From Planctomycetota bacterium (GTDB lineage Bacteria > Planctomycetota > UBA11346): DNA of 64,000 nucleotides. The notes below the pieces were generated by a model. It was not told where the DNA came from and ran no database searches. It was given only the letters and a program-made list of their open reading frames with translations. This document shows, in pieces, positions 37,481 to 47,844 of this stretch. The DNA is taken from assembly GCA_038231435.1 (NCBI GenBank), contig JBBRLJ010000030.1, forward strand, positions 8,087-72,086. Reading direction: 5' to 3'. Positions within the stretch are counted from its first letter, which is position 1. The number at the start of each line of letters is the position of its first letter. The position numbers and the translations under genes were made by a program.

Positions 37481-39175
37481 ATGACGGCCGGGAACGGAAT
37501 GGGCAGACACCAGGAGCGCCGGGTGGAGGAGGGTCGGGTGGACGACTCCCGGATCGTTGCGTCGATCGCGCCAGGCTTCGAGATGGCGGAGATCGAACGC
37601 CTGAGGACGCGCCTGGCCGAAGCCGAGGATCTGCTCGCCGCCATCCACGGCGGCGGCATCGATGCTCTGGTGGTGCCATCCGAGGATGGCGATCGCGTCT
37701 TCACCCTGACCGGTTCCGACCATGCGTATCGCATCCTCATCGAGGCGATGAGCGAGAGTGCGATCACCATGTCCCCTGATGGGGCGATCCTCTACTGCAA
37801 TCAACGCGCTTCGGAGCTTCTGAAAGTCCCCTGTGAGCGGTTGGTCGGCACGTCTTTCGGTAGCTACGTCTGCACCGCCGACGCCGGGCGCTTCGATGGT
37901 CTCCTCAAGCGCGCCGCCAATGCTGCGGCCGCGAGCAAGGGCGAGGTGGTCCTGCAGGCGATCGATGGCGCAAAGATCCCGGTGTTCGTGTCGATGACCA
38001 GCTTGATGCCGCATCGCATCCCGGGCATCTGCCTGATCGTCACCGACCTCACCGAGCAGAAGCGCAGCCAGGAGCTGTTGGCGGTACGTGAACGGCTCGA
38101 GCTCGCGCAGGCGGCCGGGCGCATCGGCGCATTCGAGTGGAATCTCGTCGATGGCACGATGCATTGGACGGCCGAGCTCGAGGCGCTGCATGGCCTGAAA
38201 CCAGGGGAATTCGCTGGCTCGATCGCGAGCTGGGCCGAGCTCATCCATGCCGATGACCGCGGCGCGGTTGAAAACGCGCTGCGCGCTTCTCGAGAATCCC
38301 GGGCGCCGCTCGACTGCGAATTCAGGGTGGTTTGGCCTGACGGCAGCGTGCACTGGATGGCGGCGAAGGGCCAGGTGCAGTGCGATGCCGCAGGACGGTC
38401 GGTACGGCATCTGGGCGTGAACATCGACATCACCAGGCGCAAGCTGGCCGAAGCTGGACTCGCGGTGAAGGCAGAGGAGCTCGCGCGTTCGAACGCCGAT
38501 CTCCAGCATTTCGCCACCATCGCCTCGCACGATCTGCAGGAACCGCTGCGCATGATCTCGGGCTATCTCAGCCTGCTCGAGCGCCGTCATGCGCCATCTC
38601 TCGACGACAGCGCCAAGGCCTTCATCGGATTCGCGCGCGACGGAGCGACGCGCATGTCGGCGCTGATCCGCGCGCTGCTCGCGTATTCCTCGCTCAATGC
38701 CCAGGCGATCGATCTCGTCGAGATCGATCTCGCGGAACCGCTTGGAGATGCCTTGGCCAATCTTTCCGGTCAGATCGCCAGCCGCCAGGCGGATATCGTG
38801 CATGATCCGCTGCCGCGCGTGCGCGCCGACCGCATGCAGATGGCCCGGCTGTTCCAGAACCTGATCGCCAACGCGATCAAGTTCTGCCGGGATTCCGTCC
38901 CGGCGGTGCGCATCTCGGCGCGCGCCGAAGCGGGGACGTGGATCGTGTCGGTCTCCGACGATGGCATCGGTATCGACGAGTCGCAGAAAGACCGGCTCTT
39001 CCAGATGTTCCAGCGTCTGCATTCGAATGACGAGTTCTCTGGTTCGGGCATCGGCTTGGCGCAGTGCAAACGCATCGCCGAGCGCCACGGAGGGAAGATC
39101 TGGGTGGAGTCGCGCGTTGGCTCGGGCTCGTGCTTCTCCTTCTCGCTGCCCGCGATCGCATCGTCTGGCCAATAG
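37481..39175 (+). CDS. PAS-PAS histidine kinase (phytochrome-type kinase core)
   Basis: Two PAS/PAC domains, ASHDLQEPLR, NLIANAIKF, FQRLH, GSGIGLA; exact start uncertain. Confidence 0.9.
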   Translation: MTAGNGMGRHQERRVEEGRVDDSRIVASIAPGFEMAEIERLRTRLAEAEDLLAAIHGGGIDALVVPSEDGDRVFTLTGSDHAYRILIEAMSESAITMSPDGAILYCNQRASELLKVPCERLVGTSFGSYVCTADAGRFDGLLKRAANAAAASKGEVVLQAIDGAKIPVFVSMTSLMPHRIPGICLIVTDLTEQKRSQELLAVRERLELAQAAGRIGAFEWNLVDGTMHWTAELEALHGLKPGEFAGSIASWAELIHADDRGAVENALRASRESRAPLDCEFRVVWPDGSVHWMAAKGQVQCDAAGRSVRHLGVNIDITRRKLAEAGLAVKAEELARSNADLQHFATIASHDLQEPLRMISGYLSLLERRHAPSLDDSAKAFIGFARDGATRMSALIRALLAYSSLNAQAIDLVEIDLAEPLGDALANLSGQIASRQADIVHDPLPRVRADRMQMARLFQNLIANAIKFCRDSVPAVRISARAEAGTWIVSVSDDGIGIDESQKDRLFQMFQRLHSNDEFSGSGIGLAQCKRIAERHGGKIWVESRVGSGSCFSFSLPAIASSGQ

Positions 39176-39335
39176 AAGCCTCCACATCGTCATTCAGGAT
39201 ATCGATTCGATAGGCGCCGCGGAGGAGATGATTCGTCGGCGCAACGGCTTAGCGCGCCACGCCCAGCGGTATAACGATCTCGCAGGCCGCATTGCACCAT
39301 CAGTAGCCAGCGCATATAAGCATCACGAGCACACC

Positions 39336-39761
39336 ATGAATTCCGCGCCCCACATCCTGTTCATCGACGACAACGCCGGTGACGTGCAGTTGCTCGAGAC
39401 GGCGTTCGAGGACGCGGGCGTGGCCAGCCAGCTGCATGCGGTGGCGAATGCGGTCGAGGCGTTCGAATTCCTTGCCAAGCGCCGCGAGTTTTTCGGCGCT
39501 CCGTCGATCGACCTGATCCTGCTCGACCTGAATCTGCCGATCTTCGACGGCAAGATGATCCTGCGCGAGCTCAAGAAGGATCCCGATTGGAGCCGAATCC
39601 CGGTGGTGATCTTCAGCTCGTCGGAGTCCAAGCACGATCGCAGCGAATGCGAGCGCCTCGGCGCCACGGCCTATCTGGTCAAGCCGCACCATTTCGATCA
39701 GTTCGTCGAGATCGCGCCGCGCATCGTGCGCTACGCCCGCTCGGACATGCTGCCGTCGTAG
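39336..39761 (+). CDS. Single-domain response regulator (Rcp1-like)
   Basis: ILFIDDN, ILLDLNLPIFDG, IPVVIFSSS, AYLVKP. Confidence 0.9.
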   Translation: MNSAPHILFIDDNAGDVQLLETAFEDAGVASQLHAVANAVEAFEFLAKRREFFGAPSIDLILLDLNLPIFDGKMILRELKKDPDWSRIPVVIFSSSESKHDRSECERLGATAYLVKPHHFDQFVEIAPRIVRYARSDMLPS

Positions 39762-39868
39762 CCACTCCGGGGGGTCTACGAGCCGCACCGGGCCTGATAG
39801 CCTTTTTCGCTCGGCTTTGAGGTTTCCCAGTTGGGCTGCGTGGGGTATCCTCCTGCTCAGGAGCCTCC

Positions 39869-40939
39869 ATGCCCAGACCCAGCTTTGGTCCGTCCGATCG
39901 TTTCGCGGTCTGCAGCGCAGCTCTCATCGCCCTGGCGTTCGCCGGATGCGGCGGGAGTTCGCCGGCGACGAATACCGCTGGAAGTGGCAACGGCCAGCCG
40001 CCCACCGTCGTCCAGTCGAATGCCCTCGCAGCCGCCAACGCCCTGCGCGCGGAAGCGCAGGTCCCGGCCATGACGATCGACGGTCGGCTCAACACCGCGG
40101 CGACCCGCCATGCGGGGTACCAGGCGATCGAAGGCGGCAACCTCACCCATGTCGAGCCGAACTCCGCCAATGCGCTGTTCACCGCCGTCCAGTTCGGCGA
40201 TCGCATCCGCGCGCAGAATGGCGGCGTGGACCTGTTCGGGTCCTCCAGCGGACATGTCTATTACGAATGCATCAGCAGCGTCGCTGGCGCGGCCTCCATG
40301 CGCTCGCTGTGGAACACCGTCTACCATCGCATCCCGATCATGCGTCACGAATCGACGCTGTTCGGGTTCGGCGATCTCGACATCGCGCGTGTCCAGTATC
40401 CCACAGCGGGGGTTCCGGCCTTCACAGGCAACGGCTACGCGACGTCGGAATTCGCGGGTCTGGGCCTGTCGAGCTCGGCGGTGACGGCCAGCCGCTGGCC
40501 TGCAGTGGGCGAGACCGGCGTCGAGACCTCGTTCAGCACTGACTCCGAGACGCCCGACCCGGTCGGACTGCAGATGCCAGGAGGGACTCCGAATTCGCTG
40601 CAGAATCCCCAGACCGAACCCACCGACGTCGATGTCGTCGGACCGCCACTGCACGTGATCTTTCCCACCAGCCAGAATTGGACGGCCGTGAGCGTGGCGA
40701 TGAAGCACGGCTCGACATCAGATCCGGTGTACATCCTGCTGGGGTTCGTCCAGCCGGCCGCGTTCCCCACCACTATCGCGGGCGCCAGTTGGGACCAGGA
40801 CTTGAATGCCGGCGAAATCTTCATCCTGCCCAAGGTGCCATTGCTCGCCGGCACGGTCTACGATGTGGCGGTCACCGCGACCACCGCCAGCTCATCCCTG
40901 TCCATCCCGGCCGGCTCCTGGACATTCACCACCCAATGA
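39869..40939 (+). CDS. CAP/SCP-domain lipoprotein
   Basis: AFAGC lipobox; NALRAEA..LNTAATRHA..HR.PIM. Confidence 0.75.
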   Translation: MPRPSFGPSDRFAVCSAALIALAFAGCGGSSPATNTAGSGNGQPPTVVQSNALAAANALRAEAQVPAMTIDGRLNTAATRHAGYQAIEGGNLTHVEPNSANALFTAVQFGDRIRAQNGGVDLFGSSSGHVYYECISSVAGAASMRSLWNTVYHRIPIMRHESTLFGFGDLDIARVQYPTAGVPAFTGNGYATSEFAGLGLSSSAVTASRWPAVGETGVETSFSTDSETPDPVGLQMPGGTPNSLQNPQTEPTDVDVVGPPLHVIFPTSQNWTAVSVAMKHGSTSDPVYILLGFVQPAAFPTTIAGASWDQDLNAGEIFILPKVPLLAGTVYDVAVTATTASSSLSIPAGSWTFTTQ

Positions 40940-41793
40940 TCTCGCGTCGGCGCCTGGCCGCCGTGACCGTCGTCGTGCTCTCGGCCGCGGTCCTGATCGC
41001 GCTGCGTCAGGCAACGCCCGCATCATCGGCCTACGCTCCACCATGTGATGTGGTCGGGGCGCCTGGCCCGGGCATGGAATCGGCGACGGGCGCGGTTCAG
41101 GTCACGGAGCTGCGCCCGCGCGATCGTGCGCTGGCCCGCGCCTACGCCGCCGTCGGCCTCGCCGCCGATGGGTCGCCCTCGCAGCTCGCCAGCCTGGACG
41201 ACGAGGCGAAACAGCGGGTGGACGAAGCGCGCTCGCTCCTGGAGATCACCCCGCGCGCGACGCGGACTCCGGCCGCGGCCGCGAGGGATGCGACCGCGCC
41301 ACACGACATCGATGCACCGTCTGGCGGAGCCCCATCTGCGCCTGCGGTGGTGGCCGAGTCATCGGCGGGTGTCGGCTCCATCGTGGCACCGCCATCGGCG
41401 GGAACCGGGATGCCGCCTGCGCCGGAAGCCAAGCCCCGCGCCGTCTTCGATTTTTCCACTGCCGTAGATCCCGCTCGCGCCTTGCACGACGGCCCCGACG
41501 GCCCGGTGCTGCAATTGCCAGGCTTGTGGGCGAAGGTCGCATTCCTGCCGTGGCACCGCTCGCGCCTGGTGATCGCCGATCGCAGCGGCGGTGGTTACGC
41601 CGTGGCGTTCAATGGCGGCGATTTCTCGACCCTCCGTCTCGATGGCGGCTTGGTGGTGCCGGGCCGATTCTACCAGGTGCGCGGCAACGCCGTGATCACC
41701 GGCGCGACCCCGGCGAGCATCGACATCCGCCCGCTCGACGCGGTGCCGTCGTATCATCCGCGTCCGCTGGTCCTCCCCGACGGGAATGGTTGA
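40936..41793 (+). CDS. Hypothetical secreted protein
   Basis: N-terminal hydrophobic segment, Ala/Pro-rich linker, overlaps previous stop. Confidence 0.55.
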   Translation: MISRRRLAAVTVVVLSAAVLIALRQATPASSAYAPPCDVVGAPGPGMESATGAVQVTELRPRDRALARAYAAVGLAADGSPSQLASLDDEAKQRVDEARSLLEITPRATRTPAAAARDATAPHDIDAPSGGAPSAPAVVAESSAGVGSIVAPPSAGTGMPPAPEAKPRAVFDFSTAVDPARALHDGPDGPVLQLPGLWAKVAFLPWHRSRLVIADRSGGGYAVAFNGGDFSTLRLDGGLVVPGRFYQVRGNAVITGATPASIDIRPLDAVPSYHPRPLVLPDGNG

Positions 41794-41876
41794 GGAGGAA
41801 GTACCCCTCGACTTACTGCGGGCGCTAGAAAATTTCCGCTTTCCCGCTCCTCTTCCTCTCCTCCGTTCTCCGCTCC

Positions 41877-42962
41877 CTATCCGCTCTTCGCGCGCTTGTA
41901 GAACGGCAGCTTCACCACCTCCGCCGCGCAGCGCGTCCCCCTGATATCCACGTCGATGCGCGTTCCCGGCGCGGCCTGCGCCGTTGCCACGTAGCCCATG
42001 CCGATCGCCTGGCCGAGCGTGGGTGAGAGCGTGCCGGAAGTGATCTGGCCGATCGCGGCGCTCCCGGCCGTGTCCATGATCGGGTAGTGGGTGCGCGGGA
42101 CGCGCTTGTCGAGCATGCGCACGCCGACCAGCTGCCTGGCCACGCCATCGCGCAGCTGTGTGAGCACCACGCGATCGCCGATGAAGCCGCCGGCCTTGTC
42201 CACCGCAAAGGCCAGTCCCGCCTCGATCGGCGTGACGCTGCGATCGAGCTCGTTGCCGTATAGCGGCATGCCCGCTTCGAGCCGCAGGGTATCGCGCGCG
42301 CCCAGGCCGCAGGGGGTGACGCCGGCGGCGAGCACAGCCTGCCAGAGCTCGCCGGCGCGTCCGCTCGGCAGGAACAGTTCATAGCCGTCCTCGCCGGTGT
42401 AGCCGGTGCGGCTCAGGCGCACGGTCGCACCGCGCCAGGGGCTGTCGTGGAAGGCGTAGTACTTGAGCCCGGCTGGGACCGTGAGTCCGAGGCCGTCGAG
42501 ATGCCGCCGTGCCTCTGGGCCCTGCACGGCGATCATCGCCTGCTCGTCCGAGATGTCGCTGCAGGCTACGCCGGGTGCGAGCGCCGCCCGCCAGAGCGCC
42601 AGGATCTTGTCCTTGTTCGAGGCGTTGACGACGATGTGCCAGGCGTCCGGCGCGTCGCGGCTGACCAGGACGTCATCCTCGACGGTGCCGTCCTCGGCGA
42701 GCACCATGCCGTAGCGCACCTGGCCGGGCGCCATGTCGGAGGTGCGGCGGCAGACCTGGCGGGCGAGGAATGCCGTCGAGCCGGCGCCGGTGAGTCGTAG
42801 CCGGCCCATGTGGCAGAGGTCGAACGCGCCGGCTGCGGAACGCACCGCCTGGTGCTCGCTGGCGATGGACGAGAACTGCACGGGCATGTCCCAGCCGTGG
42901 AAGTCGATGATCTTGGCTCCCGCTTCCTTCTGGAGGTCGTGGAGCACGGTGCGCGCGGCCAT
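41877..42962 (-). CDS. gcvT: Glycine cleavage system aminomethyltransferase T
   Basis: DFHGWDMPVQF, FDLCHMG, SRTGYTGEDGYE, GLGARDTLRLEAGMPLYGNE. Confidence 0.96.
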   Translation of the reverse strand: MAARTVLHDLQKEAGAKIIDFHGWDMPVQFSSIASEHQAVRSAAGAFDLCHMGRLRLTGAGSTAFLARQVCRRTSDMAPGQVRYGMVLAEDGTVEDDVLVSRDAPDAWHIVVNASNKDKILALWRAALAPGVACSDISDEQAMIAVQGPEARRHLDGLGLTVPAGLKYYAFHDSPWRGATVRLSRTGYTGEDGYELFLPSGRAGELWQAVLAAGVTPCGLGARDTLRLEAGMPLYGNELDRSVTPIEAGLAFAVDKAGGFIGDRVVLTQLRDGVARQLVGVRMLDKRVPRTHYPIMDTAGSAAIGQITSGTLSPTLGQAIGMGYVATAQAAPGTRIDVDIRGTRCAAEVVKLPFYKRAKSG

Positions 42963-43267
42963 CGGATTCCTTCCATCGCTGGGCCGGTGGCCCGGGGATC
43001 GATCAGGCCCAGGGTGGGCCGGGTCGGGCACCATGTCATGAAACCACCATCGCTCCAAGCGAGGAATCGCGGGTGGCGGGCGGGGGTGGACGAGCATCGA
43101 TCGATGTCGCGGTGGGATTCCGGGGTCGAGCCGCAAGCTCATCCCGGGCAGGGCGATGCAACGCTTGGAAGGGGTCGTGGAAGCAAAATAGCTGGCAACA
43201 ATACGGTTGAATGGAAGTAGCATCTCCGTTCACTCTGCGATTCCGCACGCATCCACCTGGAGCCGGC

Positions 43268-45700
43268 ATGTCGCCTTTCTTCCGCCCGTGTCAGCACCAG
43301 CATCTGCCTCGGCGTTTGGCCCTGGTCCTGTCCCTCGGACTCGCCTTGGGGATCGCCGCGGAACGGCCCATGGCCGCCGCCGACGCCGACAAGCCGTTGC
43401 CCCCACCCACGCCGAGCGCCGCCTCGCCGTCCGCCGCGGTGAAGGGAGCGAACGACCTGATCGCCGCCAAGCGCCTCGACGAGGCCATCATCCTGCTCGA
43501 GCCGTGGGTCGTCCTGCATCCCGAGGACAAGTTGGCGACCGAGACCCTGCTCTCGGTGCGCGTAACCCTGAAGGAGCAAGAGATCCGCAAGCTCCTGGGC
43601 GAGCAGGCGATGATCAAAGAGATGATCGTCGGCGATCCTGATTACGAGATGGCCAAGGCGCGCGCCAAGAAGGCCGTCCAGCAGAGACTCGACATCGTCG
43701 AGTATTACGTGGCGCAGAAGCAGTACGGCGACGCCGCCGCGCTCTGCAACGCGATCCTCAACGAGTATCCGCACGACGAAGCCGTGCTGTGCCTGAAATT
43801 CCGCATCCTCAGCACGCTGGTGGCGCGCGAGCGCGACGAGCTCCTGAAGGACCAGCAGTACCGGCATGGCGAAGGCATCAACGATGTCATCCGCGACGGC
43901 ACCTTCTGGCGCGATCCGCCCAAGATCCCGCGCACCATGTGGATCTTCGACGAGGACATCGCGGCGATCGATCGCGCGCGTGTTGAAGAGAAGCTCAAGG
44001 AGCGCGTCACCCTCATCTACGACGGCACCAACGGTACGCAGAGCGCCCAGGTGCGCGAGGTGCTCGGGCCGCTGTTCGCTTACATCGGCATCAACTACGT
44101 GATCCTGGATGACGCGCTCGGTACCGAGAAGCTCACCATCCACCTGGTCGACGAGACCGTCGGCACCGCGCTCGAGACCATCGCCAAGCTGGTGAAGGTG
44201 CGCTTCAACTACAACGCCGGCACCGTCTACGTCACCAATTCCGACAGCGAGGTCATGACCACCGAGATCATCCGTCTCGAATCGGGCCTGACCGATGTCG
44301 AGAACGAGGCCTCGCTGGCCAACGCCGGCGGTGCTGCCGGCCAGACCGGGAATCTCACGGGCGGGGGTGGCCTCAATCCGAGCGACCCCAACTACCAACA
44401 GCAGATGGCCCAGGCGCTCCAGCAGCAGGCCCAGCAACAACAGCAGCAGCAGAACGGGCAGAACGGTCAGCAGCAGAAGTCGAAATCGGATCTCGAGAAG
44501 TTCCTCGACAAGATCCCCGACATCGTCGTCGGCTGGCCGACCGATGGCCGCATCTATCTCGACCGCAAGTCGAACACCGTCTACGTGCGTTCGACGCCAT
44601 CGACCATCGTCGAGCTCAAGCGCCTGCTGCATGCGCTGGACTACAACAACGTCCAGGTGCTCATCGAAGCGCGCTTCATCGAGGTTTCCGAGGACGCCGC
44701 GCGTGAGCTCGGCCTCGACTGGTCGGGCGGCGGCAACAAGGGCGCCATCTCGGTCGGCGGTGCGGATCTCGTCGGCCCCGGCGGCACGGCCAATCCCGCG
44801 GCCTCGGGCGCCTCGATCGGCACCACCCAATCGGCCCTCGCCGGCGGCACCACGCCGCCGAACAACGGGCTGTTCGCACAAGTGCTGCTGAACCGCGGCA
44901 TCAACATCGCGGCCAAGGTCAGCGCGCTCGAGCAGGAGGGCAAGGCCGACACGTTGTCGGAGCCGAAGATCCTCGCGCTCAACAACTCGCTGGGCATCCT
45001 GAAAGTGAGCCAGCAGGTCGCCTACGTGTCCGACTACCAGGCGCGCACCACCAACCAGAACTCGACGGTCAACACCGGCACGGTGGTGTCGTCCTCGACC
45101 ACGGCCCTGGTGCCCACGTACACGACCGACGAGACCCACATCCTGCTCAAGATCCGCCCGTCGATCGCGCGCAACAGCGACATCATCACCCTGACCATCG
45201 CGCCCAACGTCCGCGAACTGGTCGACAAGCTGACCTCGCCCTTCCAGTATCCGTCGCAACCTGGTCAGGCTCCGCTGAACGGCACCATCGAGCACCCTGA
45301 GTTCGCCGAGCGCGACCTGTCGGCGACCCTGCACGTGCAGAACGGCCAGACCATCGCCCTGGGCGGGCTGACCCGCGAACGCGATGTGAAGAAGATGGCG
45401 GGCGTGCCGTTCATGTCGCGCATTCCGCTGCTCGGCCAGCTCTTCCGCCGCGACACCAAGAGCAGCGACCGCCGCAACCTGGTGATCCTGGTGACCGCGC
45501 ACATCGTGGACCCGAACGGTTCGAAGCTCAGCGACGAGATCCAGCGCCTACGCGATACCGCGCGGGTGGTGCTGCCGCCCGAGACCCTCGCCGAGGTCGA
45601 GGCCCAAGCCGCGCAGCAGGCGCCTGGCGCGAACAACCCAGCGACCGTGCCCGCGGCTCCGCGCCAGTCGATGGATTCGCCCTGGCAGAAGGGCCGCTGA
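43268..45700 (+). CDS. Type II/IV secretin (GspD/PilQ family) with TPR-like N-terminus
   Basis: QVLIEARFIEV..ELGLDW, LSEPKI, NGQTIALGGL, GVPFMSRIPLLGQLFR, RNLVILVTAHIV. Confidence 0.9.
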   Translation: MSPFFRPCQHQHLPRRLALVLSLGLALGIAAERPMAAADADKPLPPPTPSAASPSAAVKGANDLIAAKRLDEAIILLEPWVVLHPEDKLATETLLSVRVTLKEQEIRKLLGEQAMIKEMIVGDPDYEMAKARAKKAVQQRLDIVEYYVAQKQYGDAAALCNAILNEYPHDEAVLCLKFRILSTLVARERDELLKDQQYRHGEGINDVIRDGTFWRDPPKIPRTMWIFDEDIAAIDRARVEEKLKERVTLIYDGTNGTQSAQVREVLGPLFAYIGINYVILDDALGTEKLTIHLVDETVGTALETIAKLVKVRFNYNAGTVYVTNSDSEVMTTEIIRLESGLTDVENEASLANAGGAAGQTGNLTGGGGLNPSDPNYQQQMAQALQQQAQQQQQQQNGQNGQQQKSKSDLEKFLDKIPDIVVGWPTDGRIYLDRKSNTVYVRSTPSTIVELKRLLHALDYNNVQVLIEARFIEVSEDAARELGLDWSGGGNKGAISVGGADLVGPGGTANPAASGASIGTTQSALAGGTTPPNNGLFAQVLLNRGINIAAKVSALEQEGKADTLSEPKILALNNSLGILKVSQQVAYVSDYQARTTNQNSTVNTGTVVSSSTTALVPTYTTDETHILLKIRPSIARNSDIITLTIAPNVRELVDKLTSPFQYPSQPGQAPLNGTIEHPEFAERDLSATLHVQNGQTIALGGLTRERDVKKMAGVPFMSRIPLLGQLFRRDTKSSDRRNLVILVTAHIVDPNGSKLSDEIQRLRDTARVVLPPETLAEVEAQAAQQAPGANNPATVPAAPRQSMDSPWQKGR

Positions 45701-45703
45701 GCG

Positions 45704-47842
45704 ATGGCGATGGCGGTCACCGGCCTTGACGTCGGCCATCGCACGGTGCGCGCATGCGTCATCGAGCGATCGGGGAAGACGCTGCGCCTGCGCGCCTGCG
45801 GCGAGGTCTCGCGCCTCGACGCGATGGGCGAGCCCAAGCCGTTGTCCTCGGTGGTGGCCGAGCTCGACGCCATCGTCTCGTTCTCTGGCCCGGTGGTCTG
45901 CGCGGTCAGCGACATCAGCGCGCTGGTGCGCTTCGTGGCCACGCTGCCGTTGCCGCCAGACCGCCTCGCCCGCCTGCTGCGGCTCGAGCTGAGCCAGCAT
46001 GTCGATGGCGGTGGCGATCTCGCGGCCGACACCCTGGTGGTGCCGATCCCGTCAGACGAGCTGATGCACTGCTGCTTCCTCGCCCAGCCGGCGCAGGTGT
46101 ACGGCGCGCTCGTCGACCTGCGTGAGGCCGGCGTGCGTTCGCCGCAAGTGCACTTCGGGCCAGCCGCCGCGTACAATGCCACGTTGCCCCTGCCGCCGGT
46201 GCGCGATTCGGCCCTCGCCCTGCTCGTCGATATCGGTTCGGCGACCACCGGCATCACGCTCTTCGGCGAGGATCGCATGCTCGCCTGCCGCCAGGTGCCG
46301 GTCGGAGGCGACGCCTTCACCGATGCGCTGGTCGCGGCCGGCCGCGACCGCGCCGGTGCCGAGAAGTCGAAGCGCGTCGCCGGCGCCGCGATGGCGCCCA
46401 CCATCAATTCCGACGATCCGTTCGCGAAGATGCTCGACGCCGGGCTGACCAGGGATCCGACGCCCGCGACGCCGCAGGCAGCGTTGGCTGATCCTTCCGT
46501 CTCATCGCCGGACTCGGGTATCTCCTCCTCGTTCTCTTCCGTCTCGTCGTCTGCTTCCTCGTCGTCGGCGAGTTTCGACAGCGGTGATCACGACGAGATC
46601 GTGATCACCGATCTGCCACACGGCGATGAGCCCGCCGCGCCCGCGGTATCCGCGACCCAGGCGACCGGACTGCCGACACCGATATCAGCAGCGGTAACGC
46701 GTCCGGTCGAGCCCACGGCGCCAGTGTCCTTGCAGGTGACCGCGCTCGATCCGGATCTGACCCGCGCCGCCGAAGCCCTGTTTGGACAGATCGTCAGCTC
46801 GCTGACCTGGTTCAAGGCTCAGCTCAAGCTCAAGGGCATCGATCTCAAGATGGTCTGCCTGGCTGGCGGCGGCGCGGCCCTGCCCGGCCTCGCGGCGTAC
46901 CTGTCGCGCCGGCTCTCGATGCCGGTGCAGGCCTTCGATCCATTCGCCGGCATCGAGGCCGCGGCGAAGCCCGAGCACGCGCACGAATACACCACTGCCA
47001 CCGGGCTCGCCCTGTCGCACCCGGGCTTCCGCTTCCGGCACGCGGTCAGCCTCGACCTGCGCCCAGACACGCTGGTGCGCCGCGAATTGTGGCGCTCGCG
47101 GCTGGCATGGCCGTTCGTTGCCGCCGCCTGCCTGGCCTTCGCCGCGGTGTTCGCCTGCCTGACCTTGTATGGCCAGCACGAGGCCGAGCGCGCGAGCCTC
47201 GCGAACTACGCCGCGTACCAGAGTTCGTACGACGCACTGAAGAAGAAGCTCGACGAGCGCGAAGCCGAGAAGGCCGCGCTCGACGACGACCTGCGCGCGA
47301 TCGCGAGCCGCATCTACGCCGGCCGCGACCTGCTCTACACCATCCGCGCGCTCAAGGAGCGCACCAAGGATTCGTCCGAGCTGTGGGTCACCGAGCTCGA
47401 GACCCAGAGCGTCGGCAAGGACGCCGATCTCGCCTCCGAGGCCAAGCGCATGGGCGACGTGGTGCGCGTCGAGACCAACCGCGATACCGCGATCGATCGC
47501 GGGGCGGTCAAGATCTCGGGCCGCGTGAAGTTCGCCTCGGCCTCGGACGACCGCCTGCGCCTCGAATTCCTCAACAAGTGGCGCCAATGGATCGAGGAGT
47601 GGACGCTGCCGACCGCGTCCGCCACCGGCGAGGGCGGCTCGCGGTTGTTCACCCGCTCCAAGGAATTCGTCATCGATCCGACGCACAAGGATGAGGCGGC
47701 GCTGAAGGCCAACACCTCGAGCGGCGAGTTCCCGTGGGTGGTGACCTTCTACTTCGCGCCCACCGATCTGCGGCAGGTGACCAGCGTGCGCACGGTTCCA
47801 CCCGCTCCCGCGCTCGGCAGCGCCCCGCCGGTGGGGAGGTAG
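45704..47842 (+). CDS. pilM: PilM (actin-like) fused to a PilN-like TM/coiled-coil region
   Basis: GLDVG, VDIGSATT, VGGDAFT, LAGGGAALPGL, ATGLAL; then TM + coiled coil. Confidence 0.82.
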   Translation: MAMAVTGLDVGHRTVRACVIERSGKTLRLRACGEVSRLDAMGEPKPLSSVVAELDAIVSFSGPVVCAVSDISALVRFVATLPLPPDRLARLLRLELSQHVDGGGDLAADTLVVPIPSDELMHCCFLAQPAQVYGALVDLREAGVRSPQVHFGPAAAYNATLPLPPVRDSALALLVDIGSATTGITLFGEDRMLACRQVPVGGDAFTDALVAAGRDRAGAEKSKRVAGAAMAPTINSDDPFAKMLDAGLTRDPTPATPQAALADPSVSSPDSGISSSFSSVSSSASSSSASFDSGDHDEIVITDLPHGDEPAAPAVSATQATGLPTPISAAVTRPVEPTAPVSLQVTALDPDLTRAAEALFGQIVSSLTWFKAQLKLKGIDLKMVCLAGGGAALPGLAAYLSRRLSMPVQAFDPFAGIEAAAKPEHAHEYTTATGLALSHPGFRFRHAVSLDLRPDTLVRRELWRSRLAWPFVAAACLAFAAVFACLTLYGQHEAERASLANYAAYQSSYDALKKKLDEREAEKAALDDDLRAIASRIYAGRDLLYTIRALKERTKDSSELWVTELETQSVGKDADLASEAKRMGDVVRVETNRDTAIDRGAVKISGRVKFASASDDRLRLEFLNKWRQWIEEWTLPTASATGEGGSRLFTRSKEFVIDPTHKDEAALKANTSSGEFPWVVTFYFAPTDLRQVTSVRTVPPAPALGSAPPVGR

Positions 47843-47844
47843 CC

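Noticed and set aside
42963..43260. Glycine riboswitch upstream of gcvT
   Set aside because: No GGAGA / CCGAAG / CTCAGG aptamer motifs seen on the minus strand
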